Assembly: GCF_025526975.1 (NCBI RefSeq)
Contig: NW_026515668.1
Coordinates: forward strand, 310,001-374,000
Length of the DNA stretch: 64,000 bases
DNA from: Fimicolochytrium jonesii
Taxonomy: Eukaryota
Reading direction: 5' to 3'
A program made the position numbers and the translations under genes. Shown piece after piece: positions 12,108 through 22,964 of the stretch (its first letter is position 1; each line of letters opens with the position of its first letter). A model generated the notes under the pieces. The model did not search any database and was not told the DNA's origin. It was given only the letters and a program-made list of their open reading frames with translations.

Positions 12108-15100
12108 ATGAGCGGGAAGCGGGCTGCCAACAAAGGGGAAAAGGATAAGGAGAAAAAGGACAAGAGCCAAGACACGCCATACTGCTTCGTACCGCATACG
12201 GCGTACGTGCCTCCTATCACTGCTATCCGGGACAGGTGGGTGTGCTCATAAATTCGATTTTCGGGGATGTTCCGATCAAAATGCCAAGGCCCGATTTCTC
12301 TCATAAATCAACAGAGATCTCCATCTGAGGATACGCCAGCAACCTGAGAGGGCTCGCGCGTCTGTCGGTGGCAATGCTGAAAAAGGTTAGAGTCTAGAAT
12401 GCGGGTTGTGTGGGGTTTCCTCGCGCAGCATCAGAGAGATTGGATGTTGAGACTAAAATGACATGTTTTTTCTGCCATGTAGGAGAGCGACGTCCATTAG
12501 ACCCTCCGCCGGTGGTGCATCGTAAGTGGAGTTACGTTGGAAACGATGGCGATTCGTTCAACTCATCAGAGTCCACGTCTTTACTATAGTGGTCATCACA
12601 AATCGTCAGACTGGAAAATTGTGCACGTAAGTGGGGGGTGGGGGTCAACACGAATTCCTTTCAGTACATCATTTATGGAGACTCTGCCCATCCTAGTGAT
12701 TCGCTGTACAATCCATACTACATGTGCTACGCGAGCTTATGGCATGCCGACCGCGACGAAGAAGTGATGGCTCTCAAGCAAGACCGTCACCGTGGCCGGT
12801 CTCTTTTGACAGGCACTATTGTCGTTTCCATGGCACGGTTGCGTGATGTCAACAATGTTGATAGCTCGTTCTTTCCGTTCACCGCCATTGGGGTGGCGGT
12901 CGAGGGCACTTTCCGGTTGATGTTCACATTGTTTGAGATTAGCGGGTAAGTCGTGAGGGACTTTTTGAAATCCTCGAGTGCTACATAGTCTTACAATTAA
13001 CTGCTTGGGTCTCTGGTCCAATAGGGGTGCTGTGCATTGTCGCGGGAGGGTTTACTCTGAGAGTTTCGTCGTATACGGCAGGGGATTCCCGGGACTGGGA
13101 GGTATGTTGTTTGGTGAAGCGCCTCGTGGGTAGCCAGCGTACTTATAAGCTATAAAAAACATCTTTCCCCAATCATTATAGAGAGCACCCCGCTTTGCCG
13201 TGCACTGGCTGAGCAAGGAGTCCGCATTCGTCTGCGGAATGAATCGAAACTGCGGAGGTATTGCGGGACGGCCGTTTATTCTATCATTTCGAACATGCAG
13301 GCATTGACACGGACTCCCCAATCGGTTTTTGCAGGAAAGCACTCAAGCGCAAACCGTCCGTGGAGGCTGCAGGGCCCGAATCTTCCCTAGGTGGTGAAGC
13401 ATCATCTGGGCCACCTTCCAAGAAGACGGCCCCAAGTAAGAAAGTGATTGATCCCAATACCATACCTCCACCGAGGGCACCGAGGTTTGCAAAGGCTCGG
13501 GCACGCGTGACAGCCTCACCAGTGATGGGGGACCACGAAAGGCCAGGAAGTGCACGAAGGAGTTCAACAAGCGTGAGCGAGGCTTCTCATAGCGTGTTCA
13601 GTTTTCCGGAAAGCAGGAGTGATGGTCCCAGTCGGCTTGCATCAACGCGAATCCTGGGGCGAACAGACGATCAGGTGTCCGACGACTTCTTAACTGTTCC
13701 GCAGCCCACTTCGCGAGAAAGGAGAGCCTCTGATTCCGCGGCTGATTCCGTTGGCGGTCCGAACCAACCGTCAAGCAAAGCCTCGGCGCGTATCTCGATT
13801 GACAGCTTGATAACCAACGACGTGAGCCCGGCACCCCGGCGAGCTACCGTCGCCTCATTTGGTGACGGCATACCTCCCCCGCTGGGCAACTTCGATCCTA
13901 CCGCCAGGCACCCGGCGGATGAAGGGCGTACTGTGTCAAGCATACAAGCGATGGTGGATGGTCGTCAATCATCATCGCACCATTATGCCGCACATGAACA
14001 TGATATCCACCCTCGCGACCGCGGACATGGAGACCACAACACTTACGGTCATGGGCATGGTTCTCAGCATCCTGCAACGCAGAGGACAGATGGCTATCGC
14101 CCGAGCCAGGCGCCTGCTCATCCCCTGCAAGGAGCCTCTGATGGGGTTTACGAGCACCCTGTCGATCGACACCCGGCAGAGCACCATTCTCATGGACATC
14201 ATGAATATCAACCGGCACAGCATCATCAACCTCCTCAGCTACTTCCACCCACATCGGCAGTCCCGCATGTGCCGCCAGCACACGCGCATCGCGGCACCTT
14301 TGGTACCGAAGGACAAACTGATGAGCAGAGGTACCATCGGGACTCCCGTACATACTGGCAGGATGGCGTACCACCTCCGTATCACGGTCCTTACAGTCAC
14401 AGGTCACCTTTGGAAGCTGATGGCGCGTATGCGCATCATCATCAAGCCCCACTCCCACCTCGATCACCGCCGCGACATTACGAACCGCGTTCCCGGACGG
14501 CTTCCGTCACTCCTTGGGGCCAGCCGGGCGCGGAACCAGAGTATTACCAACGCCGTCGGAGTTCATACTCGCGAGAGCCCGCACACCATACCCATGGCCC
14601 TTATGGAGCTGAATACTCGCATAGACCACCGTCCATCTCCCACCACTCCGCCAGCAATGCCCCACAGACATATGGGGGCCATCACAGTCATTACCATCAC
14701 GATTCATACGGCCCTCCCCAGCCTCCCCAGCCTTCCTATCGACCGTCATCCCACGGCATGGAGCCGCATTCGTCTTACTACGCACAGCCGCCCCACCACG
14801 ACCCCTACGCGAATCATGGCTATTACAAAACATCACAACCACCACAACCACCACAACCACACATCGCGCCAGGACAGCCCTCGCACCCTTACCCGCCGGT
14901 GATGTCATCCAGTGCCTACGATCGGCAGCACTACGCGCGACAGCAGGACGGACACCCGTCCTCGCCACCCATTCATGTCGCGCCACCCCCGCCGGGCCAT
15001 TACGACGGCCCGCCTACCGCTCAATATACCCCGCCCGTGCATCCCATCGGATACCCGGGCTACCCGCCTCCACCGGCACAGCAGCCATCACGCGGTGACC

Positions 15101-15132
15101 GCCGCTCGCCGTATGGCCATTCATACCATTGA
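12108..15132 (+). CDS. Velvet-domain transcription regulator with long His/Pro/Tyr-rich C-terminus
   Basis: Spliced exons give LRIRQQPERAR, ERRPLDPPPVV, EGTFRLMFTLFE, SESFVVY..FPG and ESTPLCRALAEQGVRIRLR, the hallmark Velvet motifs. Confidence 0.9.
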
Positions 15133-15733
15133 GGGACGGGCCTTTTCCCGTGGACCTCTTTTGGGTTTTGCTTGGTATACGAACAATCATAGATGGCGAG
15201 TGGCCGCCTTTCTTTGCCCTATTCCCTTTTCGTGTGCCCTATTTCTTGGACGTTATTTTGCTAGGAGTCGGGCTCAACGCGGATGCTGGGTGTTGGCCCG
15301 TCCCTCCCCTGCCCTAGCACCTTTACGCGTTACCCGACTTGGCGAGTTCGCCTTTTCCCACACCATTTTTGTTAATCTTCCCCAAAGGCGAGCCTCCACT
15401 ACTCCCAATTTTGTTCTATCGGCTGGGGCTTTGTAAGATCCCAATCAACAGTCTCTTGAGACGCTTGAAGTTTTTTTCAAAGAGATTCCTTCTTGTTCCT
15501 TGATACCAGTATACATTTCCTTGATACCTGTGTACATACATTTGATGGAGGTTTGGGAGCATTCGAAATTCCGTCCATAGCGTATGGGAGGTCAGAACTG
15601 GAGAACACGCGGAGATTCCCGGGTGGCTGTGTAACCCAAAATCGCGCTGGCGCTCCAACCTTCCTATGTCTCATTGCTCACAAGCTGGGAAGAATCTCAC
15701 CCATTACGCCAGTGGCTCTCAATCGTCGACAAA

Positions 15734-16875
15734 ATGGTTAGTATACCTCACCCACAGCATACCCGGACAGCGCAGGCGACGGCGGCAGGGACGGCAGGAC
15801 GACAGATCGAACGAATGTGCGAAGATTCGATGGATGGATGGCTGGGGATGGATGGATGGACGAATGGTGGAATGGCTCTTGGAGGGGAACTACCATCGGC
15901 ATCTGGTAGTCGGACGTAGGAGCGACACCGGAGAGATGAACGGAGGAATGAATGCAGGCTGCGGTTGGGCGCCCGAAAGGGCGCTGGAAGCGAAAGTCGA
16001 CTTCATTCTAGCGAATTGCATGCGAGACCGCTGCCCGGACTTTCACAACGACGTCGGAACAGTGGGGCGGTGCACTATGGGAGAAGGGGAGGGCTCGAGG
16101 GCTGGGATGGACGTTGGATATTACGAAGGGCTAGCCACACTGTCGGATCCAGGGGAGAAACCGCCGTGTCGCGCCATTTACCGACATGGGGAATGAACTC
16201 TGTTTGGCAGTGCTTTAGTTGGGCATTCGGCTAACCAACATATGCACTCATTTTAGACCGAAGAAGCCGGCAAAACCCAAAATGTCATGAGGGCTCTCCA
16301 CCTGGAGAAGCTCTGCCTTAACATCTGTGTCGGCGAGTCTGGAGACAAGCTTACCCGTGCCGCCAAGGTGCTTGAGCAGCTGACCGGTCAACAGCCCGTC
16401 TACTCGAAGGCTCGTTACACCGTCCGTACCTTCGGTATCCGTCGTAACGAAAAGATTGCCGTCCACTGCACCGTCCGTGGACCCAAGGCCGAGGAGATTC
16501 TCGAGCGTGGATTGAAGGTTCTCGAGTACGAGCTCAGGGCCCGTAACTTCTCGCAAACCGGAAACTTCGGATTCGGTATCCAGGAGCACATCGACCTGGG
16601 TATCAAGTACGACCCTTCCATCGGTATTTACGGAATGGACTTTTACGTCGTCATGGGTCGCCCCGGTCTCCGTATCTCGCGGAAGAAGCACAAGGCTGGC
16701 CGTGTCGGTGCGCCTCACAGGGTCAACAAGGAGGAGACCATCAACTGGTTCAAGAAGCGCGTAAGTACTTGTTGCCTATCGTAATGCTGAATGTTTATGC
16801 TGCATGGATGACGGACTTCTTATATGCCGTTTTCTGCTCCTCATACAGTTCGACGGTATCGTTCTCAACAAGTAG
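15734..16875 (+). CDS. RPL11: 60S ribosomal protein L11 (uL5)
   Basis: Exons 15734-15736 (ATG only), 16257-16760 and 16849-16875; [22 protein letters not shown] and [23 protein letters not shown]. Confidence 0.97.
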
Positions 16876-17439
16876 ATTACTCCGTGCACGATAGAGCGTG
16901 GGGGGAAAATACTTGTGTGGGGTGTAATATAAACTACAAAATCCACTTTTTGCATTCCTCCTGGTCCCATGCCGGAGCACTTGTCGATCGTTGCGATATC
17001 GGTGGAGGGTCGTCGCGCCGTTCTCAGATCGTCGAGCCATCGCTGCTGGCAAGCTGGACTATACGACGTCCAGTGCTGCCGGTCTGCTGTAGGCGCGGGC
17101 TCGCACCGTTCTTCTCTTTTGAGACCCTCCTCCTGCCTTGTCGGTCGCCACATTCTCATTACAGCCACCGCGTTCGTCCCGCACCTGCTTTGCCATGGCT
17201 GATTATCTGGGTTTGGATGGTGGCTGCATACGGTGTACATGATTCAGTACATCGGGCTGGAGCTGCTATACCGGGTGTTTCTGGAGACGTTGGCCGGGGT
17301 GACCTGGCCATCAATGTGGTATATAGCTTTCATACCACTCATCCACTGCACATAGCATATCCGAACGAGTGGGTCTTCTGCGAAATCTCTGTTCACAGGC
17401 ATATCCAAAACCTATGTACAAGCTGCTCTCACTTGGAAT

Positions 17440-18212
17440 TCAGTACAGGTTCTGCAATTGGGGAAAGGCGGTGTAAGCCATCCAATCGTGTGTGAGGCTT
17501 CCTTCAATTCTCTCAAACCTTCAGTACATACTGCCTTCTTCATGATCCGCAAGAACTCTTCCTGGTTGATCTCACCATCACCGTCCCGATCAGCCTCATC
17601 TATCATCTCCTGTAGCTCCTCGTCCGTAAGACTCTCTCCGAGTTCTTTGGCGACTCGTCGCAGGTTCTTGAAAGAGATCCGGCCCGTATCGTCATCGTCG
17701 AACAAGCGGAAGGCTTTGATGATTTCCTCTCGTGTGTCTTTCTCCGACTACTCAGGCGTGTTTTCGGTGAGATCAACTTCGATATGAGAATCCCATTTTG
17801 CGATTACAACCGCCCATACCATCTTGACACTCATCAACTCCAAAAAGTCATTGAAATCAATAACCCCACTCCCACTCCGATCCACCTCGCCAATCATCCG
17901 CTTCAGCTCCTCCTTCTTGGGCTCAAACCCCAGCGCGCGCATCGCCACCTTCAGCTCCTTTGTGTCGATCGTGCCGCTGCCATCGGTGTCAAACAGGTCA
18001 AAAGCTTCGCGAATCTCTTGCTTCTGGTCCGCGGTGAGGGTGTGCGTGGGTTGGGAGGCGGATTTTGAGGAGGTGGGGTTGGGTCCGCGTTTGGACGAGG
18101 TGAGGGTTGCTTTGGGGCGGTGGGATGTTGTTGCCTGGAGGAGTGAAGGGGGGATCAGATATCTATCTGAGGGTTCGCTAGGGGGTGCTATTCGGCGGTG
18201 AACGCTTACCAT
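17440..18212 (-). CDS. CETN2: Centrin, CETN1/2 (basal-body) type, 4 exons
   Basis: [63 protein letters not shown]; spliced end IMKKANLY*. Confidence 0.93.
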
Positions 18213-19281
18213 TCTGCTCAGACGTGCTGGTACTGCTCAGGGTGGTTTTGTGGATATCGAAGCCTCGAATGCGTTTCCTCACGAATGCTCTGTTCAGGAG
18301 CTTTCGGACAAACGCGTGGCGTGAAAAGGCGTGGAAGGGGCAACTCGTACAGTACTGTATGTACACTGTACTTGCGCACCACCTGTTCTACCTTCGCGAT
18401 TTTCAATCAAAATTGCACATAAGCTCTGGACGAGGAGCGTCAGGAGCGTAGTCCTCTAGATCTAGATTTGGAATCGAAATTCAATGGACGACGGAGGAGT
18501 GTGTCTTCAGAATGACTTTCACAGATATGGCTCATGATGCGGAGTTAGCCAGTCTTGTTTGCAAAGATGCGCAGTATACGGAAAGAGATATCCTCAACGC
18601 GGGTGTCTGTTCCCCCAGAGCATTCGAACAGGGGCAGCGAGCGGGATGAGGTGGTTGGCGTTGGGGTTAGGAAGTTGGAGGGTGTTGACGGCGTGGTGGA
18701 GTGTGGAGGGGGTGGAGCCAGCGTCGACAAGCGTGTTGGCGTGAAAAGTCTAGGGTCGGCAGCCCAAAGTCCAGCAAATGCGAAGGCAAAGACGTCTAGA
18801 TATCTCGCGGTCCCCCTCCGACGGCGAAAAAAACCGCAAGCTAAGTCGGTTGAGCCTGGGCGGGAGTCCCGGATTCGCTAAGAAGAGGAGGGTCACGCGG
18901 AGGGGAGACAACGACCAAACAAGCCCTAATATGTTCAAGTTGAGAGGTACTCAATTGTACGTGTAAAGCAAAACGATTGTTCAGTAAACAACAACGGATA
19001 TCCAAATATAAGGGGATTAGGCTATGCGACCAAAGTCCGGTAGCAGCGGAACAGAAAGGGAAAATGAAAAAGAAAGAGGATGCACTGTTCTAGAGCGCTA
19101 CCAATGGTGTCTACCTGCTAGTATAAAAAGCTACGCCGGATGTTATGTTCAGTAAGAACTCGGTATCGGTCTAAAATGTCGATGGGGCGATGATCGCCGG
19201 AAAGGCATAATTGCGTCGGCACCCACAAGGGGACAAAATCCCGCGCGGCGCAGGTTCCGAATCCCTGAAACCATATCGCAC

Positions 19282-20178
19282 CTAAAAGAAGGCAGCGACG
19301 GACGCAGCAACCGCACCAACAGCAACGAGCATCTTAGCGGCGACGGAGGAAGCGGCGGAGACGACAGGAGGCTCGGACGGGGTCGGTTCGGGAGAAACGG
19401 TGGGCAGCGGCTCGATGGGAGTGTATGAGATGGGGTTCTCCGGGTCGACGGTGGGCAAATCGGTCGGGATAGGCGCATCGGTCGGGATGTCCGTAGGGGT
19501 GTCAGATGGGATAGGTTCGAGCGTGGGGGTATCGATAGGAGTGTCCGTAGGCAAATCGGTAGGGACAGGCGGGACAGGGATCTCAGTAGGAACATCTGTA
19601 GGCGTGTCGGTCGGGACGGGGACGTCCGTAGGGATATCAGTGGGGACGTCCGTGGGCGTATCGGTCGGGACGGGGACGTCGGTAGGGTTCTCGGTAGGAA
19701 TATCCGTCGGCGTGTCGGTGGGGATGGGGACGTCCGTAGGAACGTCGGTGGGCAGGTCCGTCGGGATGGGGACATCCGTAGGAACGTCGGTGGGCAGGTC
19801 CGTCGGGATGGGGACATCCGTAGGAACGTCGGTAGGAATATCGGTAGGAATATCGGTGGGGATAGGTTCCAGAGTAGGAACAGGCTCACACGGCGCGGTG
19901 ACCGTCACATAGACCGTCGTGGTCACCTTCTCGTCCTCGCAGTCGTCGTCATCGGAGTCCGAGTCATCGTCCGAGCAATCGTCGTCATCGTAGTGATGCT
20001 TCTTCTTATGCTTCTTCTCCTTACCGTTGTACTCGTTGATGTCAGTGGATGCCACTTCGGTGGGGAAAGCGCCGTCGATCGGAGCGATGTCGGTGCTATC
20101 GGGGGCGACGGTGGTGTGGGCTGCGACCAACGTGCTGGAGGCCAGCAAAACGGCGGCGGAGTAAGTGCGGACGCGCAT
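19282..20178 (-). CDS. Secreted, probably GPI-anchored, Pro/Thr/Asp-repeat cell-surface protein
   Basis: Signal peptide MRVRTYSAAVLLASSTLVAA; PTD repeat stalk; SAASS omega region followed by a hydrophobic tail; TATA-like element at ~20259-20268. Confidence 0.85.
   Translation of the reverse strand: MRVRTYSAAVLLASSTLVAAHTTVAPDSTDIAPIDGAFPTEVASTDINEYNGKEKKHKKKHHYDDDDCSDDDSDSDDDDCEDEKVTTTVYVTVTAPCEPVPTLEPIPTDIPTDIPTDVPTDVPIPTDLPTDVPTDVPIPTDLPTDVPTDVPIPTDTPTDIPTENPTDVPVPTDTPTDVPTDIPTDVPVPTDTPTDVPTEIPVPPVPTDLPTDTPIDTPTLEPIPSDTPTDIPTDAPIPTDLPTVDPENPISYTPIEPLPTVSPEPTPSEPPVVSAASSVAAKMLVAVGAVAASVAAFF
19440..19865 (-). repeat. Coding tandem repeats of PT(D/E)x, including a 42-bp unit (PTDLPTDVPTDVPI)
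   Basis: Near-identical 42-bp copies at ~19730-19830 with degenerate 12-bp units around them. Confidence 0.9.
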
Positions 20179-21124
20179 TTCGAGGAATATCGAACTTTTT
20201 TGGGCAAATGGGCAATGGAAGGAGGTGAATTCAATTGCTGGCGGGATAGAGGCCGACCTTATATAAAACGAAGTGGGACAGTCAGCTAGCTAGCTCTTTT
20301 TCCTGACCGGTGGATTACTGATGACGGAGGCTGCTCTTTTGTCGCCGAGGAGCGATTGACGCAAGACGCACACACACGCACACACAGGACACATTCACAA
20401 TATATGATATATAGGAAAACTCTCCCATGGTGCGCTCCAATTGGACGGTCACTGGAAGTCCTTCCTGCATAGCCGGGCACAGTGTGCGATGGAGAGGGTT
20501 GCGGGATGGCGGTGGATTGGGGGATGGATCGCTATCACGGCTGTGATCTGGGTTCTGTACGCGGACATGGCGGTACGCTATGACACCACGCACACGCGGA
20601 TACCACCAATACGCGTGAGGTGGAGAAGGAGAGCCCGGTCGCCGATCATCCGAACGTTCAAAGAGCCCCTAGAGCTAGAGCCCGGGTCACCATTTTGACT
20701 ACGGACGAGTGCTGGAGAGACCTTTGCGTGGTGCAACCGCGGCTCGCATACAGTACATACGTCCGGCGGGAAACACTCGGAAAACCTTGAAAAAGATCGA
20801 CGGTGATGATGAACGCGCGAAAAAGATGAACTCCGTCAAAGGGAACGCCTCCTTATTAGATGCCTCTTTTGCCTCAAGCCTCCGAGGCCCTCTGCGTCGA
20901 TCAGAGCAGAGGGAGTCCGCATGAGAAAGTAAATGCCAGTGCATCGACTTAAATGCCGCACAGGAAACACCTTATTCACATAGTGACTACGTTTAATAGG
21001 ACAAAAGCACATACTGTATATACATACATACATAGCACCATCGAACACAGACGCGAAAGAAAAGAAATCGGATGACCCTCTCGAGTTTTTTGAAAGAGTT
21101 ATTTCCAGACACGGTCTCCCGCTT

Positions 21125-22109
21125 TTATATTCTATGGGTTACGCTTCTCCCGAATTCCGAGATCTGTGCCGAACAGGAGCTCAAATGCGTCGTCGAATTG
21201 CGGCAAGTCGCACTCAAAGTGGATTGCATATCGTCGAAAGACGGCCTCGCATGGTTCCCCAGGGTATCTCGGACGTCAACCCGTAGTTGGTGCACATTAT
21301 TGCATGTGGAATGAAGCCCCTGATGCATCAACAGCCAGCGCGCTGGGATGCACAACACAGGAAACTGCCCTACGTCCAGCGGTCCCCGGCTGGTTTCCCA
21401 AGCGATTGTATCAGCGACTTCTTCCAGAAGTCGAACAATGTGCATCATGATATCGATTGAAGGTGCCGCACGGCAAAGGCCCTCCCACAGCCGCAATACG
21501 GAAGACTTGGTGGACCACACGCCATTTGGGCTCTGTAGAATCCGGACTATTTCCATTTCCATATCTCGCCGCTCGCCGAGCATCAAAAAAATTCGCTCAA
21601 GTTCAGGTACGCGAAAGTATTCTCGACGTCGATGGCCCAGTCCGCAACCGCTTCGTGTAGATATACCGAAGCAAACGGCGAAGAAGGCCGGGCTCGCCGC
21701 TGCTGATTTTGGCGGACTACCTGGTGTACGCGGGGCTAGTCATCATCGGCGGCATGTTGTTCGTTGTCAAAGTCGGCGAGGCTTGCAAAGTAGCCCGATG
21801 CGGCACGCAGAATCGACATATGAAGATGCACGTGGCAACCGTCGCTGAAGACGATTTCGGTGTCGGACGTTGAGCTGTTGTTGAGAAAATGCTCAATACC
21901 GGGGAATGTTCGATCCTCGAGGTTTAGAAACGAAATCAGTTTGAAGCATCACTGTGGGGGATGTTTTCCCTCCTCGTATATATATATCCTCTTGCTCCCT
22001 GACCGGCTCTTGCGTGTTCCAGTGCTTCATCAGGCTCAGGTGCCGGAGTGTCCCAAGTTGTTGACGGCTCAGCACCCCAACCTGAATCTGAACCCCATCT
22101 GTCTGACAT
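21125..22109 (-). pseudogene. Decayed BTB/POZ-domain gene
   Basis: FLNNSSTSDTEIVFSDGCHVHLHMSILRAASGYFASL is followed by an in-frame TAG (21736-21738); LLRRLLRYIYT lies in a shifted frame; IDVENTFAYLNLSEFF returns to the first frame. Confidence 0.7.
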
Positions 22110-22284
22110 TGTTACCACGTACTTTTTGCGTGTTTCTTTTCGAGAAAAACTACACTCTTTTTGACTTTGAAAGAGATATTTTTCCGAATTCACATTCGGG
22201 CACTGTGGATTGTGGGATGCCAAAAGCACTGACAGGAGACGCGCTGTCGAATTTTCGACCTTCACTTGCAGGTTTCTGGCCTCG

Positions 22285-22964
22285 TTACTGCTCCTGGCAC
22301 CGTTGATTCTCAACTGCCAACTTCAACAGAACTCTGTAGCGCAGGTCGATGGACAGCCGCTTGAAATAAGGATTCAGGTGAGGTTGCTTTGGCCTTGATA
22401 GACGTCGGAAAAGACTTCGGTCATTCGATAGTGCTCGGCGAGGTACAGTACAACACTTGGATCCGCTTGTCTCCCGGAGCCGATTTAAGAAATCCCAGGC
22501 ACTCATTGTGGAACACTTGACGGCATGGTACGGCGGGCGAGTTCTTCATTCCAACCAGTTAGTCCTCGATGCTGTCCCAAGTTTTCCCATGTGCTAGGAT
22601 GCCTTCCTTTGCCGCTTCATGAATCCGAGTGGCTTGTAAGGTACTCGGAAATGGAACACAAACCGAGAAACCCCTTGACGTTCAAGGTCGACATCTTAAC
22701 ATCCACGCTGTATACCATATCGAGGAACAGTACGAAATCCGTCTCCTTCAGACCTTGGAGCTGTATCTCATTCGACGGGTGTGTCTGCCGCCAGAATGTA
22801 TTCAGGATGACCGCGAAACATTGTGCTTTCACAATCTCAGATGGTAGTAAGAGACGACGCTCGGTGTGAGATCTGACATAGATTAATGCAAAAACCGCTA
22901 CTTACCCTTGACTGGTTATGGTGAAAGTGAAGCCGAGGCTAGGATCGTGCCTCTCTACAAACAT
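22285..22964 (-). pseudogene. Second decayed BTB/POZ-like gene, tandem with the first
   Basis: After a short GTAAGT..CAG intron it reads FAVILNTFWRQTHPSNEIQLQGLKETDFVLFLDMVY..SEYL; the continuation QATRIHEAAKEGIL needs a 1-nt frameshift at ~22637, then stops follow. Confidence 0.55.

Noticed and set aside
16761..16848. Possible C/D snoRNA in RPL11 intron 2 (TGGATGA)
   Set aside because: No canonical RTGATGA plus terminal CTGA pair, and too little room.
17412..17531. Extended centrin C-terminus ([11 protein letters not shown]...) in the ORF track
   Set aside because: It is an intron (GTATGT...TTGCAG); splicing gives the typical KKANLY end.
18545..18966. Short overlapping ORFs upstream of centrin
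   Set aside because: No recognizable motif or consistent splice structure.
19149..19912. Alternative-frame and antisense ORFs over the PTD repeats
   Set aside because: Shadows of a repetitive coding sequence that lacks stops in other frames.
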